Sequence record: PZ386959.1
Reading direction: 5' to 3' (one strand)
Source of the DNA: a phage
Length of the DNA stretch: 64,000 nt
The notes under the pieces were generated by a model that saw only the letters and a program-made list of their open reading frames with translations, did no database searches and was not told the origin of the DNA. Both the position numbers and the translations under genes were made by a program. Positions 30,137-39,400 of this stretch are shown here, piece by piece; within the stretch, counting starts at the first letter, position 1, and the number at the start of each line of letters is the position of its first letter.

Positions 30137-31918
30137 ATGACTAAATCACTTTATGCAGTACCAGCAGGTTTAAACGCAGATGCTTACAAATCTGGTCACA
30201 TTTACCAGTACCCTAGTGCAACAGAGTACTTGATGTTTAACCTGACACCACGTAGTGACAAATGGTTTAACAGTCCCTTAGCAATTGATGGTGTGGTTGC
30301 TTTTGGTATTCAACGTTTTGTTAAAGATTACTTGATAGACCACTGGAACGCCACCTTCTTTGAACGTGACAAAAAAGAAGCAATTGACGAAATCTTAGAA
30401 GTCATGAACGGTGTTCTGGGTAAAGATGCTATTGGTCGAGAACATTGGGAAGCACTCCATGACTTAGGTTATCTTCCAGTTGAAGTATACGCTGTAGAAG
30501 AAGGCACAGTTGTCCCTATGCGTGTACCAATGATTGTCTTCCAGAACACTGTCTCAGGTTTCCATTGGGTAGCGGGGTATCTGGAAGATGCTTTCTCTGC
30601 TGAGATTTGGAAGGCTTGTACCATTGCAACTATTGCATTGCACTACAAACGTATTTGTAAGAAGTGGTCTGACCTTACTTGTGACAATGACTTACATTTG
30701 CCTTATCAGTGCCATGACTTTGCTATGCGTGGTATGTCTGGCTTTACTGATGACGCATTTAATGCTGTAGGTCACTTAACCAGCTTTAAAGGGACTGATA
30801 GCTTCCCTGCTGTATACACGGCTAAACGCATCTATGGGCAGTCCTACCCAATCTCTGATATTGGTAGTTCTGTACCAGCCACTGAACACTCTGTAATGTG
30901 TGCAAACATTGCTTGGGAAGGTGGTAATGAGTTGATTGAAGAAGAAAGACGCTTTAAAGGTGAGTTACAAACCTTCCGTCGTTTCTTAACAGAAACTTAC
31001 CCAACTGGTATTGCAAGTGTTGTTTCAGATACTTATAACTTCTGGAGAACTGTATCAGTTATATTACCAGAACTTCGTAAAGAGATTATGGAACGTGATG
31101 GTAAACTGGTAATTCGCCCTGACTCTGGAGACCCTGTACATATTGTCACAGGTTATAAAGCAATCCACTTAGAATGTGCTAAGAAGGCTTATTACGAGCA
31201 CCTAAGCAAGCTGGAAGCTAGTGACACAATGTTGAATGCTGTTCTGAACATGAAGCTTGAAAACATCAACTATGGCATTGCTGGATGGCTACTGTCAGAA
31301 GGATACGAAATGGTTGTTGACAGAGAAGACTTTGAAGTTGCTGATACAGTGATGTTGAAAAATGCTTATATGGTTGGTTCTGCAAACGTTGTAACACGTC
31401 CTGTAGCTGAGATTGATGGAGCTATTAAGACACTGTACAACATCTTTGGTGGAGCTATTAACTCTAAAGGGTTTAAGGTACTGGATGAGCATATCGGCCT
31501 TATCTATGGTGACTCTATCACTCTGGAACGTGCAAACGAAATCCTGAAGCGTCTGTATGAAATGGGTTTTGCAAGCTCTAACGTAGTGTTTGGTGTAGGC
31601 TCTTACACTTACCAGTACATGACTCGTGACACCTTTGCATTTGCTGTCAAAGCAACTCTTGCAAGCATTGGTGGTAAAGAGATTATGCTTGCAAAAGACC
31701 CTAAAACAGATAGTGGTGTTAAGAAATCTGCCTTTGGTGGTGTAGCACCTATGTGGGATGGTGATAAGCTGAAAGCTGTAGATGGCTATGGATTCCAGAG
31801 TTTTGCAGATGTACTTGACCACCCAGCTTGTGCTTTACGTTTAGTCTTTAGTGACTCTGAGCAGTTTGGTTACACAACTCTTGGTGATATTCGAAATAAT
31901 ATTGACAAGCAGCTTTAA
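30137..31918 (+). CDS. nicotinamide phosphoribosyltransferase family protein (Nampt/NadV-like)
   Basis: About 593 aa; family-level resemblance only (N-terminal DAYKSGH; length and placement next to a Prs-like gene); no catalytic motif verified. Confidence 0.55.
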   Translation: MTKSLYAVPAGLNADAYKSGHIYQYPSATEYLMFNLTPRSDKWFNSPLAIDGVVAFGIQRFVKDYLIDHWNATFFERDKKEAIDEILEVMNGVLGKDAIGREHWEALHDLGYLPVEVYAVEEGTVVPMRVPMIVFQNTVSGFHWVAGYLEDAFSAEIWKACTIATIALHYKRICKKWSDLTCDNDLHLPYQCHDFAMRGMSGFTDDAFNAVGHLTSFKGTDSFPAVYTAKRIYGQSYPISDIGSSVPATEHSVMCANIAWEGGNELIEEERRFKGELQTFRRFLTETYPTGIASVVSDTYNFWRTVSVILPELRKEIMERDGKLVIRPDSGDPVHIVTGYKAIHLECAKKAYYEHLSKLEASDTMLNAVLNMKLENINYGIAGWLLSEGYEMVVDREDFEVADTVMLKNAYMVGSANVVTRPVAEIDGAIKTLYNIFGGAINSKGFKVLDEHIGLIYGDSITLERANEILKRLYEMGFASSNVVFGVGSYTYQYMTRDTFAFAVKATLASIGGKEIMLAKDPKTDSGVKKSAFGGVAPMWDGDKLKAVDGYGFQSFADVLDHPACALRLVFSDSEQFGYTTLGDIRNNIDKQL

Positions 31919-31933
31919 AAGTATATGATAAGA

Positions 31934-31954
31934 GGCTCCTACGGGAGCCTTTTT
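31934..31954 (+). terminator. intrinsic terminator
   Basis: GGCTCC-TACG-GGAGCC followed by TTTTT. Confidence 0.7.
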
Positions 31955-31971
31955 AATTTCTGGAGAAGACT

Positions 31972-32307
31972 ATGAAAATCAAAGAAATGAACATCAACAT
32001 TGTCTTAGAAGAACGTTGGGAGAACATCAAGAAGACTGAAGATGGTCATAAGTTCCTCAACAAAATTTTAGTAGCAGCTAAAGAAGAACTGACTGGAAAG
32101 GTTGCAGCAGCAATCACAATAAAGGTTTGTGTAAAAGGTCTTCCACAACATCACCAGTTTGCGCTTGACGAGTTTAAAGAAAGCTTCTACAATCCAAACA
32201 AACAGATGCTTGAAAGTAACTTTGCAGTGTCTACAAGTATCGTCCATGACAGAAGCTTTATCCTTTACAAGAATATGAGAGGTGAGTCATGCAAGCATAT
32301 TGGATAG
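31972..32307 (+). CDS. hypothetical protein
   Basis: 111 aa ORF. Confidence 0.45.
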   Translation: MKIKEMNINIVLEERWENIKKTEDGHKFLNKILVAAKEELTGKVAAAITIKVCVKGLPQHHQFALDEFKESFYNPNKQMLESNFAVSTSIVHDRSFILYKNMRGESCKHIG

Positions 32308-32465
32308 AAATTTTACTGTCACTTGGTAGTGTAGCAGTATTTGTCTACCTCCTTTGTAAGTACTTTGCAGAGCACAAAAAATGTGACTACTGTAATGGAG
32401 AGGGGTACATAAGGGCAGGTTGTTGCCCTATGTGTGGTGGTTCTGGTAAAATGTTTAATAAGTAA
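32289..32465 (+). CDS. small membrane protein with CxxC..CPxC
   Basis: 58 aa ORF (below track cutoff): MQAYWIEILLSLGSVAVFVYLLCKYF..CDYCNGEGYIRAGCCPMCGGSGKMFNK. Confidence 0.35.
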   Translation: MQAYWIEILLSLGSVAVFVYLLCKYFAEHKKCDYCNGEGYIRAGCCPMCGGSGKMFNK

Positions 32466-32493
32466 TTTAACAGTAAACTAAGAGGAAAGTATT

Positions 32494-34860
32494 ATGCGCA
32501 TGGTAAACGACCACGCAGAAGTGATTAAGAGTTCAACTTCTTTAGAGACGTCTCAAGCACAGATTACAATGACACCTGAAATGTTCAGCCTTTTGAGTTC
32601 CGGTGTATACACATTTAAAGAAAGGGCAGTGATTCGTGAACTGTCATGTAACGCAGTAGATGCTCAAAAAGAAGCTGGAAAAGAGAACATCCCGTTCCAT
32701 GTGCATTTACCTACTCGATTTGAGCCTTACTTTGAAGTCCGTGACTTTGGAACTGGTTTAACCCATGACAAAGTAATGAGTTTGTATCTGAACTATGGGG
32801 CTTCTACGAAGAATGACTCTAATGACTACATTGGTGCAATGGGTATCGGCTCAAAGTCACCGTTTGCGATTGCTCAGTCATTCACAGTGTCTAGCTATGT
32901 TGATGGTGTTGTTAATAAGTACTCTGTTTACCTTGAGAATGGTATTCCTCAAGTAACTAAGCTTACTACTAACCAAACAAATGAACCTAATGGTTTAGCT
33001 GTACGTGTGGCAGTTGCTGACCACCGTATTTCAAAGTTCTTTGAAGAGGCTGGTAATGTATACTCATACTTTGCTGTAAAACCAGAGAGTAATGTGGAGT
33101 ATAATGATATATTAGCAGATATGGATGTGATTGCTCGTGAAGAAGGTGTCTATGATGCCATGACTCATAAGCATAGCTGGCGTTCAAGCAGCAATAGAAC
33201 AGAGTTTAACGTGGTTATGGGTAATATTGCCTACCCAGTTAATATGGAGGCATTACTTGGTGATGATTTCTTCAAAGTATTACCAGAATTTTTCCGCAGG
33301 AGCATAGACCTTGTAAACATCTACATGCCTATTGGTTCAGTTGCTATTGCAGCTTCTCGTGAAGCATTGCAGATGAATGACACGACAAAAAATGTTATCA
33401 TCGAGGCTACTAAAAAGATAACTGAAGCAATTACAAAGGATGTTATCAAGAAAGTTAATAGTCAACCTACACTCATGGATGCTGCACAGGCTTATGCTGA
33501 GTTACGCTTGAACTCACGAGAGATGTTTAATGCTGTGTGTCCAAAGCTAGAGTGGGGAGGCGTTAAGCTTGATTCTCTGGAAGAAGAATTACTAAACATT
33601 CGTCGTGGGATTATCTACGCAGAAGACGGCTCAGTCATTTATGAACGTGACGGCAAAGGCAATATTAAGGTTGACAGCAAAGGAAACAATATCCCTAAAG
33701 TTGACTACCTATACAATCCAGTTGCTTATGTCAAGTTCAACTCTTTAGAGAGTAAGATTCGTGCAACAGCACTTTCCTACACTCAAGAGGCAAGTATGTT
33801 CAATATCTTTGGTGCAATGCGTAAAAGTCAAATTGAACAGTTTTTGTTTGTTATTAATGACCGTCGCAATAAAAACGGTACTGAGAAGACTGTAGGCCGC
33901 AATCAGATTCTGCGTGGTGCATGTCGAGACTACGCCAGTGAGTCCAGTCTGTTTCACAGATATAATGGCATTGTGTTTGTATTCTCGACTGAAAAAGAGT
34001 TAGATGATTTAATCAATCTACACAAACTTGATAAAAGCTTGTTAAAGATTGTGAAAATGTCTGATAAGGAGCACCATTACCAGCGTAAAGAAGCTGTAAG
34101 GGGTGTTGTAAAACTCTGGAAAGCTGTTCCAGCAGAAGGTGTAGCTTCCTATAAAGAGGTTTCAGAGGACTTTGATACAATTGAAGAGCCTCAGCTTTAC
34201 ATTAAGGCAGTTGGCGACACAGTTGATGGCGAATGTTTTTGCTCATCTCCAGAAGATGTAGCCAAGTCAGTTGCTAATGTTACAGGGAAGACAGTCTATG
34301 TTTTCCGAAAAGCAAATTGGAAAAAGATACCAGAAGACTGGATTGAAGTAGATGAGAAACTCTTGAACGACAGCTTAACTGATGTTCATTGGATTAATCA
34401 TAACAGATATATGACACGCATCTACATGAATGGTGTTCTTGACCTGACAAGCAGTTGGATTATTGCCAGAAACTTTACGTTCAATAACAGGAAGATTTCT
34501 CGTGGCTATTGCTATTCACGGGATACAAACAAAACTATCTTCCTAGAAGGAAATGAAGATGCTGTAGAGGCAATGTTTGGTAAAATCCAATACGTTGCTG
34601 CACCATTTGCATACACTTATACTATTAGTGTATTGAAAACTTTGAAAGACTGTCTTGACAATGATACAAAGCTTTACAAGAAAATTAAGAAAGCTGGTGA
34701 CCGTATGGTCATTAAGGTGACAAACTACCTTTCAAAAAGAAAACAAGAAAACTTCTTGCTTTCTCATTTGGATTGGAATAAAGTGTCACCCATCGAAGTG
34801 AGTAAGTTCTTAGGCTTTGATGTAAAATGTGTTCCAGAAGGGACTACAATTTACGATTAA
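32494..34860 (+). CDS. GHKL-ATPase domain protein, rIIA-like
   Basis: 788 aa; N-terminal Bergerat-fold motifs IRELSCNAVDA (N-box ExxxNAxDA) and RDFGTGL (G1 box). Confidence 0.45.
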   Translation: MRMVNDHAEVIKSSTSLETSQAQITMTPEMFSLLSSGVYTFKERAVIRELSCNAVDAQKEAGKENIPFHVHLPTRFEPYFEVRDFGTGLTHDKVMSLYLNYGASTKNDSNDYIGAMGIGSKSPFAIAQSFTVSSYVDGVVNKYSVYLENGIPQVTKLTTNQTNEPNGLAVRVAVADHRISKFFEEAGNVYSYFAVKPESNVEYNDILADMDVIAREEGVYDAMTHKHSWRSSSNRTEFNVVMGNIAYPVNMEALLGDDFFKVLPEFFRRSIDLVNIYMPIGSVAIAASREALQMNDTTKNVIIEATKKITEAITKDVIKKVNSQPTLMDAAQAYAELRLNSREMFNAVCPKLEWGGVKLDSLEEELLNIRRGIIYAEDGSVIYERDGKGNIKVDSKGNNIPKVDYLYNPVAYVKFNSLESKIRATALSYTQEASMFNIFGAMRKSQIEQFLFVINDRRNKNGTEKTVGRNQILRGACRDYASESSLFHRYNGIVFVFSTEKELDDLINLHKLDKSLLKIVKMSDKEHHYQRKEAVRGVVKLWKAVPAEGVASYKEVSEDFDTIEEPQLYIKAVGDTVDGECFCSSPEDVAKSVANVTGKTVYVFRKANWKKIPEDWIEVDEKLLNDSLTDVHWINHNRYMTRIYMNGVLDLTSSWIIARNFTFNNRKISRGYCYSRDTNKTIFLEGNEDAVEAMFGKIQYVAAPFAYTYTISVLKTLKDCLDNDTKLYKKIKKAGDRMVIKVTNYLSKRKQENFLLSHLDWNKVSPIEVSKFLGFDVKCVPEGTTIYD

Positions 34861-34939
34861 AGTGTTTGACAAGGGGCTTCAAAGCCCCTTAAAATGGCAT
34901 CACAAAATGATTTATTAACTAACAAGAGAGAGTAATAAG

Positions 34940-36049
34940 ATGACTACTAAAACTAAAGCACAGATTGACGCAGAAATTTACAAACTGGTTAAAGAGGGCA
35001 AGCTGACTAAAACCGCTATTGCACAGAAATTTAACACCTCAACCCGTTCAGTCGGTCGTGCTGTAGAGCGTCATGAAGCAACCTTAAAAGGGAATAAGAA
35101 GGTGACTTCTACACCAGCTACGAAGACTTTGAAGCAAGTTGCTAAGACCTTTAAAAAGAAAGCTGACAAACCAGTTGAAAAGGTTGTTAAAGATGCTGTA
35201 CAGAAAGCTCCAGTAAATAAACTGCATGAAGCTATGCAGAAAGATGACAAGATTGAGTACATGATTACTGGTGACTCTGTAATTATGACTTACGGTTCAG
35301 AGTCTGAAATTGTTGAATCTACTCATCCGAACTATCAAGAGATTGTAGTTCATGTTGTGAAAGGTGAGTTTAAGAAAGCCTTTGAACTGATGAACATTCG
35401 TAAGTCTATCGAAAACTTCACTCAGGGTGCTATCACAATCAAAGGCGACAAACTATTCTACGGTGCTGTTGAGATGCGTTCTACTCTGGTTGACCGTATT
35501 CTTCACATGATGAAGACTGGAGATAAAGGTTTCGAACGCCTTGTGATGTTCTTCGAAAAACTGATGGAAAACCCATCTAAAGATTCCGTAGAACAACTTT
35601 GGGGCTTCGTATCTCACCTTGATGTTGAAATTGATGAAGAAGGCTACATCATTGGTTGGAAGAAAGTATCTACTCGTGAAGGCAAGCTGGTTGACTCCCA
35701 CACCTACAGAGTACCTAATGATTTGGGTAACATTGTAGAAATGCCACGTTGGATGGTTGATAATAACCGTAACGTGACTTGCTCTCAAGGTCTTCATGTT
35801 GGTGCTTGGGATTATGTTCGTTGTTTCTCAGGTGATACAATTCTGAAGGTTCGTGTCCATCCACGAGACGTTGTATCCGTACCAACTGATTACAACGATA
35901 TGAAGATGCGCTCGTCTCGTTATGAAGTTGCAGCAATCGTTGATAATCAACGTAAAGTGCTGAAAGCATGGGATGGCAAGACTGAAGCTTTACATGTCAT
36001 CGTTGGTACTGCTGGAGAACTTATCTCCCAACGTAAACGTGAAATCTAA
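34940..36049 (+). CDS. hypothetical protein (possible rIIB-like partner)
   Basis: 369 aa ORF directly downstream of the rIIA-like gene; no motif recognised. Confidence 0.3.
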   Translation: MTTKTKAQIDAEIYKLVKEGKLTKTAIAQKFNTSTRSVGRAVERHEATLKGNKKVTSTPATKTLKQVAKTFKKKADKPVEKVVKDAVQKAPVNKLHEAMQKDDKIEYMITGDSVIMTYGSESEIVESTHPNYQEIVVHVVKGEFKKAFELMNIRKSIENFTQGAITIKGDKLFYGAVEMRSTLVDRILHMMKTGDKGFERLVMFFEKLMENPSKDSVEQLWGFVSHLDVEIDEEGYIIGWKKVSTREGKLVDSHTYRVPNDLGNIVEMPRWMVDNNRNVTCSQGLHVGAWDYVRCFSGDTILKVRVHPRDVVSVPTDYNDMKMRSSRYEVAAIVDNQRKVLKAWDGKTEALHVIVGTAGELISQRKREI

Positions 36050-36065
36050 TAAGTAATTTCTTAAA

Positions 36066-36088
36066 AGGCTGCTTCGGCGGCCTTTTTT
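36066..36088 (+). terminator. intrinsic terminator
   Basis: AGGCTGC-TTCG-GCGGCCT followed by TTTTTT. Confidence 0.6.
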
Positions 36089-36149
36089 ATTTGTATTTTG
36101 TGCAGAGTGCTGTATAATTGTTGTCACGATAAACTAAACAGGAGAACCA

Positions 36150-36698
36150 ATGAAGAAATTGATTCTAGGTTTGTGCTTAATGTTTACAGCACACTTATCT
36201 TATGCAGTTGACTGCCCAGAGCTATCAATTAGCCAAAAAGTAAACATGTTAAAAGCTTACCAGTATGGTGAGAATAACATGGGTAAAGGTTGGGGTATCA
36301 CTCTAGCTGCTATAGCCTTACAAGAGTCAGAGTTAGGTCTGAAGGTAGAGAATAAAAAGACACATGATTATGGTATTTTCCAGAATCACTTGAAGACTGT
36401 TGTAAAGCGTAACAAAATTAGTCCTAATGTGGCTAAAAAGAAACTCTTAAGAGACTTTGACTATGCTGCAAAGGAAACGCACAAAGAACTTGAATTTTGG
36501 ACAAAGGTGCATGGTCAGCCAAAGTCAAAGAAAACTTTACAAAAAGTTTTAGCATCATATAATGCTGGGTATTCGTACAGAATCCCTAAAGCTAAAAAAT
36601 ATTCTCAAGATGTCTATAACAACATGAAAGTTATCGCTCAATGTGAATTTGCAACAAACATTTCTAAGGTAAATCATGAAAAAATTAAGAAAGTTTGA
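36150..36698 (+). CDS. lytic transglycosylase (SLT domain) with signal peptide
   Basis: 182 aa; signal peptide MKKLILGLCLMFTAHLSYA; AIALQESELG and DYGIFQNH match SLT catalytic E-S and DYGxMQ motifs. Confidence 0.5.
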   Translation: MKKLILGLCLMFTAHLSYAVDCPELSISQKVNMLKAYQYGENNMGKGWGITLAAIALQESELGLKVENKKTHDYGIFQNHLKTVVKRNKISPNVAKKKLLRDFDYAAKETHKELEFWTKVHGQPKSKKTLQKVLASYNAGYSYRIPKAKKYSQDVYNNMKVIAQCEFATNISKVNHEKIKKV

Positions 36699-37371
36699 TG
36701 AAGTACTGTGTCATGCTTATGACTTACATCCTCATGAGTTAGGTCTTGATTCCTGTGTATGGACTCCAGAACAGTGTAGGGATTTTGAAGACACTGCAAG
36801 AGAAGTTGTATGTTCACTTGAAGAGTTTCACACATCAGAGCCAATTGTGAATGTTGTAGATAAAGAGACTGGACAAACTATAGGGGTAAGTCGTGATAGT
36901 TTAGTCATAGTCAATAAAGACCTTGTAGAAAAAGGTAACCTCATCTTAGCAGATATTGATGGTGTTCTTACAAATTTTAATCACGAAGATTGCTCAACGG
37001 AATTGACTGATGGGTCATTCTCACAGTACACTAATCTTCTTGACTCTGTAAGAGCAAAACCAACGTATGTTTTTAGTATTATTGATGCAATTGCTAATCA
37101 TGCTGCCATTGGACTCTTGACAGCGAGAGGTGAATCTCAGAGAATACCTACTGAGATGTTTTTAAGGCATAACATAGAGCATGATTACTTGCTTTTTATG
37201 CGTGGTTTTGGAACTAACTCTATAAGTGCAGAAAGTTTGAAAGTGAGGATGATTCAGTCTTGCATTCTTCCTTACTTTAATATAGTATGCTTTATAGAAG
37301 ATACAGAGAAGAATGTTCAGAAGGTAAACAGAATCCTTCCACACATTAAAACTATGTTAGTTAAACATTGA
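36676..37371 (+). CDS. hypothetical protein, possible HAD-like hydrolase
   Basis: 231 aa; LADIDGVLT resembles HAD motif I (DxDGV) but the motif is not N-terminal; weak. Confidence 0.3.
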   Translation: MKKLRKFDEVLCHAYDLHPHELGLDSCVWTPEQCRDFEDTAREVVCSLEEFHTSEPIVNVVDKETGQTIGVSRDSLVIVNKDLVEKGNLILADIDGVLTNFNHEDCSTELTDGSFSQYTNLLDSVRAKPTYVFSIIDAIANHAAIGLLTARGESQRIPTEMFLRHNIEHDYLLFMRGFGTNSISAESLKVRMIQSCILPYFNIVCFIEDTEKNVQKVNRILPHIKTMLVKH

Positions 37372-37382
37372 GAGAAGAACTT

Positions 37383-37847
37383 ATGAACAATATCATTACG
37401 GTAGCACTGGACGATACGGCAAACAAATCTGAAGTAGTTCGTAAAATGATTCAAGGTAACTTTGAAGGTAAAATTTTCCGTGCTGTTAATGTAAAAGCTG
37501 ATGGTAGCATTCGCGAATATCGTGCATTGTTGAACGTTAAGAAGCACGTAAAAGGTGTTGGTTCAACGACTGCACACAAAGAAAACCTGATGACTATCTA
37601 TGATATGGGTAAGGCTTCAGAGTTAGGTGCTGAAGGTATCGTTAAAGAAGGCGCTCCGTATCGCTCTTTCAATCTGGAAACTACTCTTATGCTTTCCTTT
37701 ACAAGTGGTTCCAAAACAATCACTTATCTCTTTACTGATGCTGCAACGGTATCTGCTATTAAGGATAGTACTGTCAAAGCTGGCGTAGTTGCTGCTGCAA
37801 AAGCTTCTTCGATGGCTGCGAATATCCTTGCTAAAGTCCTCGGTTAA
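37383..37847 (+). CDS. hypothetical protein
   Basis: 154 aa from MNNIITV. Confidence 0.45.
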   Translation: MNNIITVALDDTANKSEVVRKMIQGNFEGKIFRAVNVKADGSIREYRALLNVKKHVKGVGSTTAHKENLMTIYDMGKASELGAEGIVKEGAPYRSFNLETTLMLSFTSGSKTITYLFTDAATVSAIKDSTVKAGVVAAAKASSMAANILAKVLG

Positions 37848-37868
37848 GGTTAAGATACAGGCTCCTTC

Positions 37869-37890
37869 GGGAGCCTTTTTCATTTTAGGA
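37869..37890 (+). terminator. intrinsic terminator
   Basis: AGGCTCC-TTCG-GGAGCCT followed by TTTTT. Confidence 0.7.
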
Positions 37891-37899
37891 GATTGTTAA

Positions 37900-38247
37900 A
37901 TGACATTTAAAGAGTTCTGTCAAGCTACTTTCATAATTGTTTTCTTAGTTGGGGCGGGTGTCTGGGGAGGGTACTCTTACAGAGACTACCAAGTTGCTGA
38001 AACTGAGCTAAACAATCAAAAGCTCATAAGTGTTGCTAAAGATGCTTATCAGGAAGGATTAGTTACACTGAGCACCAATTACAAAAATGATTTGAAAGAT
38101 GTGCTTGCTAAGAATAAGCACACAAAAGAGGTACTAACATATGAAAAAACTAAGCCAGAGTTTTATAATGTTTGTGTTACTGATAATTATGTCAGGGTGT
38201 TCAACGAACAAAGTGAACAGTACATTCAAAAACTCCCAAGTAAGTGA
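37900..38247 (+). CDS. membrane-anchored protein
   Basis: 115 aa, N-terminal TM helix. Confidence 0.4.
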   Translation: MTFKEFCQATFIIVFLVGAGVWGGYSYRDYQVAETELNNQKLISVAKDAYQEGLVTLSTNYKNDLKDVLAKNKHTKEVLTYEKTKPEFYNVCVTDNYVRVFNEQSEQYIQKLPSK

Positions 38248-38410
38248 GAGTGATAAGTACACTCAAGAAGAGTCAAGATTCACTGTCAAAGGTAATACTG
38301 GTAGTGATGTGGCAGCAGCCCTTGAGTTTTATCGTGATGGTTTTTACCAGTGCACAATTAAAGCTAATAACCTTATTGACATGATTTTATTAGGGAATAA
38401 GCAGCAATGA
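38141..38410 (+). CDS. putative lipoprotein
   Basis: 89 aa; MKKLSQSFIMFVLLIIMSGC lipobox-like; overlaps previous ORF in another frame. Confidence 0.35.
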   Translation: MKKLSQSFIMFVLLIIMSGCSTNKVNSTFKNSQVSESDKYTQEESRFTVKGNTGSDVAAALEFYRDGFYQCTIKANNLIDMILLGNKQQ

Positions 38411-38676
38411 CAGAGAATCAAGACACTTTCTATGTAGAAGGTTACTTACTGTTGCCACGACCAAAAGAAACTTATATGCGAATTGATTTCTTACCAACCA
38501 TTATGGATAATGTGATGTGCCATATCTTTATGCAAGGTGTCACAGCACAGCTTAAACATGTTGGTAAAGAGTGCAAAATAAAGGTTGACACTCATCCAGA
38601 AATCAAAGAGAATCACTACACATGGTTCTTACCAGATTCTAAAGAAATCTTAGCAGTTCTTAAAACGAGGAAGTAA
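38407..38676 (+). CDS. hypothetical protein
   Basis: 89 aa ORF. Confidence 0.4.
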   Translation: MTENQDTFYVEGYLLLPRPKETYMRIDFLPTIMDNVMCHIFMQGVTAQLKHVGKECKIKVDTHPEIKENHYTWFLPDSKEILAVLKTRK

Positions 38677-38678
38677 CT

Positions 38679-39005
38679 ATGCAGATTAATGGAAGAGACT
38701 TTGTAGCCGTTTACTACGAGAAAGATAAAGAAGTTGGCGTAGCACAAGTGTCTTATGGCAATGGTAAGTGGCTATATGGAACAATCGCAGTAGTTGGAAC
38801 AAGAAGTGATACAAAAACTTTTAAAGATTGTGTTGACCTTCTTGAAGAATCCATTCAGAATCATTGGTGTCTGATATGGATGACTGACAATGAAGTGATA
38901 GAACGCTTCAAAAAGATTGATATCAACATTGATAGTATTGAGCATGTTGATTTATATGAGCTAACTGAGAAGGTAAACTATGAGAGTAATTCTAGCCAGA
39001 GATAA
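38679..39005 (+). CDS. hypothetical protein
   Basis: 108 aa ORF. Confidence 0.4.
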   Translation: MQINGRDFVAVYYEKDKEVGVAQVSYGNGKWLYGTIAVVGTRSDTKTFKDCVDLLEESIQNHWCLIWMTDNEVIERFKKIDINIDSIEHVDLYELTEKVNYESNSSQR

Positions 39006-39207
39006 AAAGACACGGAAACTCATCCGGTCAGCAGTATTCATTGGAAGAAATGAAGTCATCCCGTTTACAGCAAACGATGTGATAGCCTACAGGAAAAACT
39101 TAGTATTTAGTGATTGCTTGCGTGGCTTCATCTCCCAACCGTTGGAAGACTTTAAAAGCCGTTGTGGTAAAGGTATCATCATTCAAGAGGCAATTATCAA
39201 TGGCTGA
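38980..39207 (+). CDS. hypothetical protein
   Basis: 75 aa ORF. Confidence 0.35.
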   Translation: MRVILARDKKTRKLIRSAVFIGRNEVIPFTANDVIAYRKNLVFSDCLRGFISQPLEDFKSRCGKGIIIQEAIING

Positions 39208-39400
39208 CTTCTGCAAAGACTGTTCTATAGAAATGTTTGGACGTGATACAGGTGACTTAAAAGGTCTTATCACTGAAGATGACTTTAAAGCTGGCTATGC
39301 AATGCCAGTAATCTGTGAAGGTTGTGGATGTATCTGGGTAGACCACGAAGGACAGCGTGTAAAACCTTCAGAAGATAAAGAGTCTTGGGAGAGATGTTAA
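39200..39400 (+). CDS. small Cys-rich protein
   Basis: 66 aa from internal Met (MADFCKDC...CEGCGC); track ORF 39110..39400 trimmed to avoid overlap. Confidence 0.35.
   Translation: MADFCKDCSIEMFGRDTGDLKGLITEDDFKAGYAMPVICEGCGCIWVDHEGQRVKPSEDKESWERC

Noticed and set aside
8341-35797. Short antisense or out-of-frame ORFs nested in large genes (e.g. 8341..8568, 9424..9828, 9883..10314, 13670..13891, 14759..15010, 20608..20907, 21034..21216, 25107..25325, 31295..31822, 32987..33187, 35453..35797)
   Set aside because: Fully contained within long, motif-supported genes on the opposite strand or in another frame; low-complexity translations; typical six-frame artefacts.
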